DNA from: Vicugna vicugna | Lineage: Eukaryota | Assembly: GCA_013265495.1 (NCBI GenBank) | Contig: MU058781.1 | Span: forward strand, 2,582,158 to 2,646,157 | Direction of reading: 5' to 3' | Length of the DNA: 64,000 nucleotides | In this document: piece by piece, positions 41,050 to 55,579 of the stretch | Layout: every line of letters begins with the position of its first letter | Position numbering within the stretch: the stretch's first letter is position 1 | Notes under the pieces: model-generated | What the model saw: the letters and a program-made list of their open reading frames with translations, nothing else | Told to the model about the DNA's origin: nothing | The model's database searches: none | Translations under genes and position numbers: made by a program

Positions 41050-42649
41050 GAAGATGACATGACTCTGCACGGAGCGATCTTTGGCTCCAGCACCCTGCTG
41101 GCGTTCATTAAATCTTCTGTGCAAACGTCTGGGTGGCAAAGCTGCTTTGTGGAGTTCTTGGAGATGTGCACTATAGCGACCTCTCAGATAAAAGCCCTCT
41201 TTTTAGATGAGAAGGATACTGAGATAACTGTTTTAATCACTTAATTTAATCTTGTTCTTCTTGGACTAGAATTCAGATTTCCTGATTCCTAATCTTTTTG
41301 CCGACTTTCATCATTTTTCACATTTACAAGATACGATCTTTTAATTATTGGACAATGATTTCAGCTCATTTTTGGATCCTGTCTCGCCACCACCCACTCA
41401 AAATTATATTACAGCACATACGGATATGAATAAAGATGAATTACAAGCTTAATAATTTTGTTATATCCCCTGAAACTAGATACACAAGGGGGAGAATCTA
41501 TGCTTATATGTTTCTATGTGAAGTGAAGAAGGTTTGCAACATAAATTGCTAACAAAAATAAAGAATTTCAGATGCTTAAGCTCAGCATTACTTTAAGAGA
41601 TTTTTAAAGGCAGGGATTGTAGACTAAGTCACATTATTAACAGGAATTCACAGATAATCTTTTGGGGACGTGTGAGCTATCTGTCAGAATTTAGAAGGGA
41701 CGGTTAGAAACAAGCCTTCTGTCAGGTTCCTGCACTTGGGAAACAGTTATAGATGATATGGGATTGCCTTTCTTTTTTGCTTTCAAGAGACTAGGCAGAG
41801 TGTTTTCAGCAAGGATCCCAGTTAGGGATCTCTCAAAACCTCTGTATTGAGAATGCAGCTGATCTATTTGTGGGCTGACCTGGAATCTTCTAGAATGTTA
41901 GCTACAAAAGGTTAAGATATTAATCCCTGTACTAGCACTCAGCACAAATACAGAAAGTTGAGACATTAATCCCTATAATAACATTTGGCACAAATACAAA
42001 AAAAAAAAGGTTTTCTTTACAATTATAGTATCATCACACTAAATAGACTTATCACAAACTGCCCCTCATTCCACTCTTCCAAACGTGCACACAAAGTGTA
42101 TTTTGATCTGTATCACTGCCACCTATTAATACGGCCTTCACTAACAATCCCATTTTGGCGGACTATATTTATATTTTAATTCCATTATGATCAGAATAAT
42201 GAGGCTATTGACGCTTCCATTTTCTCTTTGAACAGCCTCTTCAATTTGAACTGTGGCCCTTTTGTACATCAAACTTTGTCACGGATGGAATATTTTAGCA
42301 TGCATTTTTCTGTTTCTATGAAGCAGTTAACACAGGAAAAAAATCTCTCCATACTCATTAAATGCCACCAATAACATAAAAACTTCTGTAAGTGATTATT
42401 TAATTGTCCCGTACAATAAAGGGTTCAGCTGAAAAGTGGCATGTACTATTAGTTTATTACAACATTAACAATCTTCCTAGGAGAAAGCATTATTTCTTTA
42501 AAAATGAAAAGCAGTGGAGGCTTCAAAATATTTTTACAAAATTTAAGGTTAAAATTTAATGTACGGGGAGATGGAGATATATATTCTCTATGGATACATA
42601 CTTTTAAAGTAAAATTTCTAGGATAAACATTTTAGTATTAAAAAAAGAA

Positions 42650-45600
42650 GGGACTTCTGGCTATGGACATGCTGATGTAACAGGTATTGGATTTAACTAT
42701 CGAAAGTAAACGACCATCAACCTGGACAGAGTGTATGAAGTGTTTGCGAACCCTAGATGATGTACCACTCAGGAGAACATCACGTGCTGCAGCCACGTCC
42801 CAGGTTCACCTCAGCGTTTCGCCCAGGGCACTTTCCAAAGCACAGTGCGAGGAAGTTAGCCCAGACTGAGAGCAGGGTCTTGCTGGGTGGACAAAACAGA
42901 TGCCAGCGTTCAGGGCTGTTGAGTCATCTGTAATTTATGGAGAAGGGCTCCCAGAGAGGAAAGAGCTGCACAGCGAAGTGGCCTTAGCAATCTGCATAGA
43001 GATTCCTCAGTTTCTCCCCAGATACTAAGCTGGCCATGCTCAGAGGGACACATAGTGATTCCCATCAGAGAAGAGCTACCGAGAGGCTGAGAGCTGAAAT
43101 GGTGGGGGGTGGGGGTTAAGGAGGCGCTGGCATCCTGACCAGGCTGGGTGGAAGCATTTCACTCAGCTCCAGACATTCTGTCAAAATCACAGAAAAGCCA
43201 CACCTTAAAAGTAGAGCTAACAACTGAATTAAAAAGTAAGCAAAAGATCTTTTTTTAATTGAAGTACAGTCGATTTACAATGTTGTGTTAATTTCTGGTG
43301 TACAGCACAGTGATGTTATTCATATATATATTCCTTTTCATTATAGGCTGTTACAAGGTATTGAATAGAGTTCCCTGTGCTCTGCAGTAGGACCCTGTTC
43401 TTTATTTTTATACTTAGTAGTATTTACAAATCCCAAACTGTCAATCTAAGCCTCCCCACCGTTTTCCCTCTGCCCCCATAAATTTGTCTTTTTGTCTGTG
43501 AGTCTGTATCTGTTTTGCAAATAAGTTCGTGTCCTTTTTTTTTTCCCCTTAGACTCCACATATAAATGATACATTTCATTTTAAAAAGATATTTGAATGG
43601 CTAATAAGTGCTCAACATTATTAGTCATTAGGGAAATATGTGTCGAAACAAGAATAGTATACCACTACACACCCACTGAAATGGCTGCAATAAAGCATCA
43701 GACAACACCAAGTGTTGCCAAGGATGTGGAAAAACAAGAAACTTCACATATTCTGGTGGGAATGGAAATGGGACAGCTATCTTGGATAACATTTTGGCAG
43801 TTTCTTAAAGTGTTAAATGTAAATTACCATTCTACCTAGCAAATCCACTTCTAGAAATCTACCTAAGAGAAATAAAAACATAGCTCTATGCAAAGACATG
43901 TACACAAATGTTCACAGAAGCATTATTTATAATAACCAACAAATGAGAAACAATCTAAATGTTCTTCAGTTGGTGACTGGATAAATAAAAATGGGTATAT
44001 CCATATAATGATCCTGTATATTCAGCAATTATAAGAAATGAACTGCTGGTGCATGTTACAAAATATATTAAGCTGAAAACATGCTAAATGAAAGAAGCCA
44101 GACACAAAAGACTAATTTATATGCAATGTCCACAAAAAATAAATTTATAGTAGTAAAGCAGGGCAGTGTCTGCCCGGGACTGAAGACAGAGGCTGGAATT
44201 AACTGTAAATGACACAAAGGAGCTCTAGGGGATGATGGAAATGTTCAAATTGGATTGTGGTGATGGTGACACAATTCTATAAATTTACTAAAATCATTGA
44301 GTTGTTTAAAAAAAAAATAGGGCTATATTACCACAGAGTAAGTGCCACTCTAGAGCCATCCAAATAAAGCCTAAAGTTGATCAACCAGCAAATTAACTGC
44401 CTCCAGAATAAAACTCAACATTATTTAAAGGGAGGCTAAATCCAGACTGCACAACACAGCAGCTGCACTGTCCAACATGCAGTAAACACTTACCAGACAT
44501 GGAAAGAGGCAATAAAATGTGACCATAACAAGGAGGAAGAAGTCAATAGAAATAGACCTGAGATGACTCAAGATGGTGGAATTATGCAATGAAAACTTTC
44601 AAAGACTATTATAAACCCGTTTTGAGGATTAAAAGGAAAATAGACATTTTGAGTGAAGATACAGTGAATTTCAGCACAAAGATAAAAACTATAAAAATTA
44701 AATACATGGCAAATCTGGAACTAAAAACAAAGTCAGAAATGAAAAATTCACTGGGTAGGTTGAACAGCAAATTGGAAAATACAGAAAGTAACAGTAAATT
44801 TAATGAAGGGCAATCAAAAATTTTAATTTAAGTACAAAGATTTCTTTAAAATGAAGTGACCTATGAGACATACCAAGCAGTATAACATGTGTAACTATGT
44901 TAATGGTATGAGAGTAGAACAGCCTTTTCTAAATATAATACAAATACAGCAACTGTAAAAGGAAAGACCAGTGAATTTGATGATATAAAAATTAAAAGAA
45001 AATTTTGCACAGGTAAAAAAAAAAGCAACACGTAAAGTAAGTTATAAACAATAAATGGAGAAAACAGCTTAGAAAAAGCTAATAACTCAATGGAAAAACT
45101 GGCAAAAAAATGAAGAAATGGTTAATCAGAAGAAAAACACAATTTTTTCCCTTATGAAAAATGTTCTATCTCACTTATAACTGAAATGTCAATTAAAACC
45201 ACTATATACTCAAAGATATAGAGAATAAACTTGTGGTTACCAGTGCAGAGACAGGAGGAGGAAGGGGCAAGATATGGGGTACGGATTAAAAGATACAAAC
45301 TACTATGTAGTAAATAAATAAGATACCAGGATGTATTTTACAACACAGGGAATATAGCCAATATCTGATAAGTGTAAATGGAGTGTAATTTATAAAAATA
45401 CTGGATCACTCTGTTGTACACCTGGAACTAATGTAATACTGTAAATCAACTATACTCTAAGTTTAAAAATAATAAAAATAAATAAATAAAACTACTATAT
45501 ACCACACCCCATAAATGATTACCAGTAAGAACAAAAGTGTTTGGTAGTGCACTATGATTTAAGGCTCTGGAGGAAGGAATCAGCACTCTCATGTTCATTC

Positions 45601-46720
45601 TAGCACTATCCACAATAGCAAGACGTGGAAACACCCTAAATGTCCATCAACAGATGAAAGGATCAAGAAAATGTGGTTTATACATACAATGGAAAACCAG
45701 GCAGCCTTGAAAAAAAGAGAAGGTGATTCTTCAATACGTGACAACACGGATGAAACCTGAGGACATCATGCTAAGTGAAATAAGCCAGTCAAAGAAAGAC
45801 AAATACTGCATGATCCCACTACTGAAGGTATCTAAAGTAGTCAGACTCATTGAATCAAAGAGCAGAATGGGAGTTTTCAGGGGCTGAAAGGAGGAAGGAA
45901 ATGAGAGTTATAAATCAGTGAGTGCAAAATTCCAGGTGAGTAAGATGAATCCATCTAGAGATCTGTGTGCAACATTTTACCTATAGTCAACAATAATGTA
46001 CCGGACACCTGAAAATTTAAGAGTGTACACCTCATGTTAAATGTTCTTACCACAATAAAATAAAATTAAAGAAAAAAGAATGCTGGTTGAGGGAATACAT
46101 GGAGAAATCATTAGTTTCATGCACTGTTGATTAGAATAAAAAAATTGTTCCCCCAATTTGATAGGCCAATTCAGCACTATAACATAAAGATAAGTATTTC
46201 TAGGAATTTATCCTATTTCTAAGAATTTGTTCTTATTGATATATTCACACATAAAAAAAAAACGAACAATGATATTCATTGTGTCAACGTGTACTGGCAA
46301 AAGTTGGAAACAAGCTAAATGTCCAAATAAAAACAGTAATTGAATTATGAGATATTCTTTAAATGGAATACAATTTGGCCACTGAAAAAAATGAAGCAGA
46401 TCTTTGTGTACTGATATGGAACATTCACTAAAATATATTAAGTAAACAAGAAAGCAAAGTGCAGAACAAAGTGTATGTTATGCTACCATTTGAGAAAAAC
46501 TATGAAGATGTAAGCCCACATCTCCACCCCCTTGTCCCTCTTACACAGATACATGTAGACATCATTTGTGTTGACACCCCTACTGGAGAGGGGACTCAGG
46601 ACTGCAAGCAAGGAGAAATGGGAGAGGCTGGCTCTTCATCAGATAACCTTTTGTTCCCCCTTGAATTATTTACTGTTTGTATATATTACTTACTTAAAAA
46701 ATAAAAAATAAAAAATTTCA
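42650..46720 (+). mobile_element. Nested cluster of L1 fragments: old L1M ORF1/ORF2/3' remnants with younger insertions (43250-43575 minus strand; 45210-45487; ~45590-46075)
   Basis: ORF 43597..43839 resembles the L1 ORF2p C-terminus and ORF 44589..44831 resembles the ORF1p coiled coil (LELKTKSEMKNSLGRLNSKL). Several separate L1 3' tails are present. Confidence 0.85.
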
Positions 46721-46893
46721 AAGGTGAGTAAGTGGCGGGGGGTGGGGAGGCCGGCATAGAGGTAGAAACACTTCAGTGACTTTCCATTGCACCTGGAATA
46801 AAAGTCAAAGCCCTCCTTGAACTGGCTTTTCCCCGTTTCTTCAGTCACACCTTCTTCTTTTGTCCTCCTCACACTCTGTGGTTCCCAGCTATG

Positions 46894-47242
46894 CAGTCAT
46901 CCCTGGGTATCCACTGGGCACTGGTTCCAGCAACCTCGGATTCCAAAATCCACAGATGCTTAAGTCCCTTATACAAAATGACATAGTATTTGCCTATAAC
47001 CTAGGCGCAACCCCCGGTATACTCTAAATCGTCTCTAGATTACTTAGAATACCAAATACAATGTAAATATTATGTAACTAGTAGTAAATACAATGTAAAT
47101 GCTGTGTAAATAGTTGCCAGCCTGTGGCAAATTCAAGTTTTGCTTTTTGGAACTTTCTAGAATTTTTGGGGGGGGGAATATTTTTCATCTGTGTTTGGTT
47201 GAATGCACAGATGTGGAACCAACAGATATGGAGAGCTGACTG
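46894..47242. mobile_element. MER2-like TcMar-Tigger DNA transposon, inserted in an L2 fragment (~46760-47680)
   Basis: Termini cagtcatccct...gagagctgactg followed by TA. Internal caaaatccacagatgct..agtcccttata..aaaatg and tctctagattactta motifs. Confidence 0.85.
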
Positions 47243-49889
47243 TACTGACCTTCTTTCAGTTCCCAGAACAAAGTCAGCTCTCCCCCTTCAGAACATCTGC
47301 ACTTCCTTTCTGCCTCAGCTCTATTCCCCCGGCTCTACATGGCGGCTCCCTCTCCACCCCACTCTTGGCTCTGGTGGGCACTTACTCAGAGAGGCCCCAC
47401 CCTTAGGCAACTGCTCTCAAGTGGGTTCCTTTTTCAGTAGTCTTTTGTGGGGTTGGGGGGCACCTAATTCCTTCTATTCACACTTACCACAGATGGTAGT
47501 TGTTTATTCCTTTATCTGTATACTGGCTTGTTCAGTATCTTTCTACACTCCTCCTCCAGACTGTAAACTCCTTGCAGTACCATTTCTATTTTATTCTCTG
47601 GTCAACACCTCTGATACAGCCTGACACTGCAACCTGGTCAGAATGCAAGCATCTCTTGAATAGATTCATTCATTCATGAAAAAATCAAAAGTTTTATAAC
47701 AAGTTAGAGTAACTGCATGAATGGTACATAAGTGTAAAAATGTGGCCCTTTTTAGTATTTAAAATGCTCACGATGCCCAATGTTTTCTTCTGCTTTATAC
47801 ACTAAACTTTCATGCACAGCTGGCTGCTCATTTTTCTTAACAGTCTCAGTGCTTTGACAACCAAATCAGAAAAAAAAAGCACAGAAAAATGTAATTTTAG
47901 CAACTACCAAATGGACTAATAACTCCAGTAGCATTTTTTTTCCTTAATTCTCAAGAAGCGTAATTCTCAAGTGTAACTGTCAACTAATTTTTCTTAAAAC
48001 ATACATCAGCCTCTTACTTAGTTTACTGTAAGACATGGAGAAACCACACTTGTTCGGGGGGCTGTTAGTTCATATACCTCAATTTGTTGGCCCAATTCAT
48101 AAAGGAAAACAATAAAACATATACGTAAGTTGACACTCAACGTCATTTGATTATTTTTGCCAAAGTCCAATGCACAGTGTAGTTACAGAGCTGAATTTTA
48201 GCAGCAGTACCAACGTAAAATGGCATCAGGCTTTTCACATTTTAAATCATAAATACTATCTCATTAGATCCTTGTTATAAAAACAACAGAGATCATTCCG
48301 GCCCTTGTTTTTGTAAAATCAGACAGCTTAAACCTGGAAAAGTTGCAATGTCGTTTAGTTCTGTTCCTCATTTTATAGGTAAGAAAACAGGCCAAGAAGC
48401 ATTATAAGGTGTGTCCTAGTCTCACAGCTTGTTAGAATCAAGACCCAGGTCCTTTCTTCGCCAACTGGAAAATGACTGAATATGCTCCTGCAACACCTTA
48501 ACATTATACAAATGACTTTTTAAATGTACAAATTTAAATAAATTTAAATAAACTGAATCGTTTTTTTTCTTAAAACATAGAGCATGTGTAATAAAAAATA
48601 TCCTCCTCTATATCCTACTACCCAAAAAGAACCATTGTTTTCATTTTGGGATAATATTTTCTAGTATCTTTGATTTGCATAAATATATTAATATGAATAA
48701 TATACTATATATTATTACATATTAAAATACATATTTAAAAATATATCTAAAAGGTATACAAAATTTCATTCTATGCTTTTCAGCTAACATTTCATTCTTA
48801 TATTTTTATTGCTGAAAGCTTTCATAATCATAATTTTAATACATATTTAATATGCTATCTAATGAATGTAGTATAACTTGCTTATCCCATCTCCCATTTT
48901 GGACACTGAAGTTGTTTCCAGTTTTTGCTTTTATTAATAATTCTGAAGTAAACATTCCACATGAATATCATGGTCAATATCTCTGATAATTTCTATAGGA
49001 CAGATTCTCTGCAGGACAGTTGTAACAGTCTTAAAACTAAGGCTGGATTATGATGATCAGACCAATTAGCAGTATGTGGACCCACTGATCCCAAGTAGTG
49101 CGAATTAATGAGGTGATGTAAAACTAACAGGAAGTCATGTGGCGAAAGGTTTCTGTTCTTGACATTTTCATATTAAAAAAAAATGTGGTCTATGACTTGG
49201 AGAAACATTGCCACTTTTATCTGATCACAAGACATTATATCAATTCCTACCCCTTGACAGTTGGGCGATACACTCCCATTTACACGTCCTCTTTCCTACT
49301 TCTTCCTTCTCTAGTAGAAGAAGTGACAGCAATGGAATTCCTATGAGAGGTATGTTACATTAAGACATTTATGTACCTTTGTGCACATGTTAAATGGAAT
49401 TTTTGGCTCTTTAGACCTCAAGAAAGAATCAACAGAATCATGGTCTTTTCATTCTGATTACTCCAAAAAGGATTCTTGGGTATGGAGCAGTGATAAACAT
49501 TCACGTTCTACTCTGTAGCCACCACTTCAGAATATCTTCACTGCTGTTACTCTCCCTGCTAATGGGAACTGACATCAGACTGACTTTGCAGTTAGCTACT
49601 GTCACAGTGACACAAGCTCTGGCTCCAAATCATTCCTTCCTCCCCCTCCATCATCACTGGCCACCCCATCACAGCTCCGAGTCACTCATTTCTCACACAT
49701 TGCCCTGGCGGAGACAGGGGAGGGGCCATCACTCCACAGCAGCAGAATTCTCTTCCTGGCTCCCCGTGAAAGCAGCCTCACTCTTAATCTCAAGCTGCTC
49801 TGAGTGTCACAATCCACCCCTTTCATCTAATTAAGATTGATGGAACTTTATGCAGTGCTAGGAACTGACAAGAAAAGCAGTGATTTCAT

Positions 49890-51720
49890 TTAAATAAGAT
49901 TTATTGAGCACTTATTCTATGCCAGGAATGGAGCGAAGAGGGATAAAAAATACATAAAGACATATTCCTTGCCTTCAAAAAATGGTGAAGCTTACGAAGA
50001 TGGAGGCAGTAAGCAAATCAACTTCAGTTCAGGGTAAGAGATGCTAGATGCGAGAAGTATACATGTGATGCTGTGCGCAAGAGGACCTAAATCACCTAGA
50101 TGAGGGAGTTACTCAAGGTGAGTGTTTAAGAATAAGTACAAGCTAGTGTAAATAAAAGGGGCATGGGTGTTCCAGGCAGAAGTGCAAGCACGAATAAAGG
50201 CAAGAAAGCCTGATGAGTGAAGCTACGGGAACTGGATTCTGTTTGGCACAGAGACAGTGTAGAGCAGGAGGAGGTGGTGGTGGTAAAGCTGGTGGGAAAG
50301 GTAGGTTGGCTCTGCATCAGCAAAGATTTAAGATTCTACTTCTCAGTGATGTGGGGAGCCAAGGCAGAGTTTTAGGCTGGGCTGTGACAGGATGTGATCT
50401 GCATATTAGAGGGAATGGACGACTCCTGGCAGCCAAGGAAGAGTAAGACAGCAGGGAAGAGGCACGAGGATGGAAGGTAGCAAGTGCAGGTGAACTGGGC
50501 TGCTGAAGAAAAGATGGGTTTGAGAGTGATGCAGGAAGACTGAAAGAACTTCACGAAAGACTATAGATGCGGATGCAGAAGAAGGAGGAGGTGTAAGGGA
50601 GCCTGTACTTCCGGCTTAGGCAGGTTGCAGGGACAGGATATAGAGAGAACACAGAAGAAGCTAGGTTTAGGGGAATGATAGTGACTTCAGTGTTGGAAAT
50701 ATCGAATTGGAGACATTTGTAAAGCATGGGGGGCAGAGCTGGGAAGTACAGTGGGCAGTTTTCTCAAGGGATCTGGAACCTCTGAAGAGTGGGCTGGGCT
50801 AGAGATCATGATACAAATGGACACCTGCCTCAGTCAGTGTGTATCATGGCTGAAGCCCTGGGTTTTGATAAAGTTACCCAGGGAGGAGGTAGACAGTGAC
50901 AAGGTCAGAGGACCTCTAAGAATGGAAAAGGTCTGTGGTGGATTTTTATTGTCTTGTTTTGTTAAAAAAAAAAAAAAAAGGAGCTTCATGAAGTTTTTTT
51001 GTTGTTGTTGTCGTTGTTGTTTTTTTAATTCTGAGAGGGAAGAGCCAAAGGAAAGTCTAAAGATGCAAAAGACAGCAGGTCAGTGCTAGAGTGATTCCCC
51101 TGAGGGAGCAGAAGGTATTCATTCAGTTGTTCATCCAACAAATATTTACTGAATTCCTCTGTGAAGCTGGGAACAAAAGATCCCTGCCCTCACGCAGCTT
51201 ACATTCAAATGGTGACACAAGAGAGCCAGAAAAAAATCAGTAATATTGACAGAGTATGTCAGAAGGTGACAAGTGCTACAGAGGATAATAAGGCCGCATT
51301 ACGAGGACAGGGAGTGCTGGTGGACAGCATGTGTGTGTGATGTAAATAGTCCTCAGGGAAGAATTTCCTGGGAAGGTGACAAAAACATGAAGATGAAGGA
51401 GAAAGCCGTGCAGACTTCTAATGTTCTAGGCCAGGGAACAGCCAGTGCAAATAATTGGAGCCTCACCGAACAGCAAGGAGGCCAGTGTGGCCGCAGCAGA
51501 ATGAATGCGGAGGAGTGCAGCAGATCAGACCAGGGAGGGGCACCAAAGACAGATCCTGGAGCAGTTTGTAGGTCTTTGTAAGGAGTGTGGCCTTTTCTCT
51601 GGGTTCTCAAAATTATTGAGAAGGGAATCCAGTGGAGGGTTGTGAGTGGAAAAGGGACAAGGTCTGACAGCTTTTAAAGAATCATCTTGAGGCTGAGTTG
51701 AGGACAGACTACTGGAGGCT
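49890..51720 (-). mobile_element. Two LINE-2 fragments (~49890-50920 and ~51115-51720)
   Basis: Reverse-complement L2 3' ends (atttattgagcactta..atgccagg; attcattcagttgttcatccaacaaatatttactga) with purine-rich bodies. Confidence 0.7.
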
Positions 51721-52010
51721 GTGTTAGTCAAAGTTCTCCAGGGAAACAGAGCCAGTATGGTGTGTGTGTGTGTGGGGGGGGTGTTTCTATGGAGGAAAAG
51801 AGAATGAAGAGACCAACTGATTTTAATGAACTGGAGTTCACAATTGTGGAGACTGGCAAATCCAAAAATCTATAAGGTTGACCAGCAGGCTGGAGACCCC
51901 AAAATGGGCTGAAGTTCAAGTATGAAGGCTGTCTGCTGGTAGAATATCCTTTTCAAAGGTCATTTTGATAAAGCCATCAACTGACTGGATGAGGCCCACC
52001 CACTTTATGA
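51720..52010 (-). mobile_element. MLT2-like (ERVL) LTR fragment
   Basis: tgtgttagtcaaagttctccagggaaacagagcc, an internal (TG)n, ctggcaaatccaaaa..., caactgactggatgaggcccacccac. Confidence 0.8.
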
Positions 52011-54299
52011 TAACTTGAAGAAAGCCTAGTCTGTGGAGGTAAAAATAACTTATATATCTTCAATATGAGAAGTTTTTTTTTTTTTAAGTTTTAACTCATT
52101 GCTTCTAAGATGTTTTTCGTAAACTTGTTATAGGTTGATTTTTATGGCTATGCATGGGGGTGGGGGTCTCATGAGGATGACACAAAGATAAGCTTTTGCT
52201 GACTTGGAGGATAAAAGGAAATGGAAAGAAATCTGAATATGTTCCACCAAAAATGGTTCCCCCTGCACTGAAGAAGTTATTTTTCTTTAATTCAGTAGTT
52301 TGGAGAAACACTGATCTAAATACATATTTTCTAGTATTGCCTAGGGGTTAAAAAAAATTTTAAACAACTTTAAATACTCCAGGAGACACTCTATTTTCTA
52401 CTATCCTTTATCATGGAGAGTCTTTTTTTCCATATTTTACAACTTTGATTTATTCTATTTCATAATTTGGAGTGCATTTCTCATTTTCTTGCTATGTTTC
52501 CAGTAATGCAAAATTATTGACGGTTTTAGGTATTGTCCATTCTTAATTTCCCCCCTATAATTGATTTAGAACATTTCTGGATCACTTTTCCCCTTCCTAC
52601 ATTTTCTTTCTTTCCCAACCTTTTATGTCAACAGAATATGCTGCAGATAAATGCTGGCTGAATATGAAAGAGCTGACACACATCCAGAATATGCAAATTC
52701 ATTGGTAACATTAAGTTTAAAAATGCATCCCAAGGAAGGTAAGTGCATTCCACCCTTCCACCTGCACCAAACACAATGGGTGCTAGATTTCCATATTGAT
52801 CCAACCCCTACAGTGTGAACCTTGAGTTTAAGGTCAGAAAAGTTAGCTTTAGTAAATTACTTCGAAATCAGAGCTCCCACCTCCTTCAATTTTCTGGAAA
52901 ATGAAGTAATCACAGGGATACCCCTTCAAATCTAGAAAGTGAATGTAAGTATAGGATGTGCATTTGTGCACTGTGACCCCTCCCTGCCAAAGACTGGGCC
53001 TTTCTAGATTCCAAAAAAGGACATACATTTTTGGGTGTCTAATGTACACTGATGTCAAACATCATGGTGGCACATGTCTGCATTTTGTGGTCCAATTCCC
53101 AAAAGATCTCATTGAAGAAGTCTCTCCCTCTTGCCCCTGATTCGTGGGAAGAGTGGTCTGACACAGGAAGCTGTGTCACTGAAAGCACCACGCTGGCAGC
53201 TGGAAATGACCTTATATAGTAGCATCGCTTACCACACACTGTGCTGGAATGATTGGTCTGGAATGTGGTGACTTTCAATGCTGATAAGGACGTCCCACAG
53301 GAGAATGCTTGGTGGCTGTAGCCTGGTCACCCATTAAACAGCGGCTCTTGTTTCAGACCAGTGAAGAGTAGAGCCTGGCAGAGTTTTCATTCATTGCAGA
53401 CACGGACCACACTATCTTTTTTTTTTTTTTGAAACATTTAGAGTTGCAAGCCAACATGCATTTCCTGTGGAGCAAGTGTGCCTCTGCCAGCCGTCCGGTG
53501 TGGTCATGTGTTACTATCCAGGTGATTCGGGCACAGAGTCACTAGTGAGCCACTGTTTCCTTTGCTGGGAGCAGCAGCAGGACACAGAAAAGCCCTTCAG
53601 AAAATAATTTATCTAGATGCTTGCAAGCCAACGAGCAAATGAATTGACAGGAGGCTAGGCAACTGGGTCCCAAGGACAGAAAATGTCTCTGAAGGTAACC
53701 AAGTATCTAGAAGTTTCACTGATGGTCTTGCTACTGCTGGGCTGAAAGAAGTGGAGGTCAGGGGCTCAGAGAAAATCCTTTCTCCTCATAGAAGAGAATG
53801 AGGAAGAGAGGCACTCAGAGAGTTCATCCAAGCACTCGGACAGACTGACAAAAAGTAGGAGGTTCTTGCCCATTTGTACTGTAGGGGACAAGGACATGTT
53901 CCCAGGCTCCCAGACGTCAGCCTTCTCACAGGAGCCCCTGGTTTCCCATTTTTCGTGCCACCTCCTTGGCACACCTTTCAGCACATGGTAGGTGTTCACA
54001 CTTCCTCCCTTCCGGTTCTCCCTCCTTTGCTGTCCTTAATCTCCCTCCCTCTCCTCATGTTCTCCCTGTATCCCGGGCACCTCCCTCAAGAACAACTGGC
54101 AAAGCCTGATGAAGGCTGAATTTCAGCACCAGGCATCCTCCTGAGTCTTCAGGGAAGAAAATCCCCTTGCCAAAACAGTTTGCTCCCAGCCCAGCTCTGC
54201 ACCACTTGCAATAAATTTTGGTTTCTGCATTTTAAATGGCAAGGATGATTTATTCAGCATGATCAGGCCCAGCTGCAGTCACCTAATTTCATTGACTTG

Positions 54300-54980
54300 T
54301 TTCCCCATTCACAACTATTTATTGAGCCCCTATTATGCCCTAAGCACTGGAATGACAGCAGTGAACAAACAACAAAGACTATCCTCATGAAGCTCTGGGG
54401 TTGGTGGAGAGAAGCAACGTACAAACAGCAAACATAAATGACATCGGGTGGTAACGAATAACATGGAGGAGAACGAAACAGCATAAGGTGCATAGAGAGG
54501 GGGTGGGTGGAGAGATGGATGCCTCTGGAGCAAAGACTGCAGGGAGTCCTGTGGAAGCTAAGAGGAAAAGCATTACAGCTGGAGGGAACAGCAAAGGTCC
54601 TGAGTCAGAGAATGCCTGGGTATTCAAGAGCAGTAGTTGAGCAGGCACAGAAGGTTTGAGGTGGATGACTGGAAACAAGGTCACAAAGCAGGTAGATCTC
54701 CTGAGGTTCTATAGATCATGGTCAGGATCTTGACGTTCCCTCTGAACCAGATGGAGAGTCAGTAAAAATGTGAGCAAAAGCAAGTAAGATATGATCTCCT
54801 GCATCGTACAGTGGTTAAGTCCCTAGGTCTTAAGTCAGGCTGCCTGTTTGCAAACATGCCTCTGCTTCCTGCTAGTGGTATGACTGAGCATAAGTTACTT
54901 TTGTGTGCCACCTGTGTGACAACTGTACCCATCCCCCAGGGTTGTTGTAAGAATTATATAAATTAGTATTTGTAAATGAC
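54300..54980. mobile_element. L2 fragment (minus, ~54300-54790) abutting a MIR (plus, ~54800-54980)
   Basis: tatttattgagcccctattatgcc...agcactgg start. MIR-like agtggttaag...gggttgttgtaagaatta. Confidence 0.6.
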
Positions 54981-55229
54981 ATATTTGTTAAATATACAAG
55001 CTAAATGTATTTTTAAACGATCACTTTAAAATTTTGAGCAAGGTGGTTTGACCTATTTTCCAGCAATTAATACAAGTGACTTTCCTAGGAGCAGATTTCT
55101 ACAACTCATAGATGAACAGATAGGGATTATACACAGGTCTGCTGACCCTGAAACCACATTTCACCATGATACCTGCTCCTTTCCCTCAGCAACCCAAGCT
55201 GCTAGAGCCATCATTAATGTGATAGTAAC

Positions 55230-55535
55230 ACTGTGTGTTGAATTGTGTCCCCCCCAAATTCCTGTGTTGAAGTCCTAACCCCCAGAACCTCAGGGCATGA
55301 CCTTACTGGTAGATGGGGTCTTTACAGAGGTAATCAAGTTAAAATGAGGTCATTAGGGTTGGCCCTAATCCAGTATGACTGGTGTCCTTATGCAAAGGGA
55401 AAATTTGGGCCCAGAGACACACACACACAGGGAGGCCAGGTGGAGACTGGAGCTTTGCTGTCACAAACAAACAAACTACCAGAAACCAGGAGGGTGGCCT
55501 GGAAGGGACTCTTCCCAGCACCTTTAGAAGGGAGC
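55230..55535 (+). mobile_element. MLT1 (MaLR) LTR, MLT1A-C-like
   Basis: gttgaattgtgtcccccc aaattc...gttgaagtcctaaccccc...aagttaaaatgaggtcattaggg...aatccagtatgactggtgtcctta. Confidence 0.88.
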
Positions 55536-55579
55536 ATATTCCACTGATATCTTTTTATTTTTTTAAGGTGGCAAACATT

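Noticed and set aside
43597..44831. ORFs 43597..43839 and 44589..44831 as host genes
   Set aside because: They resemble decayed L1 ORF2p and ORF1p fragments inside an L1 cluster.
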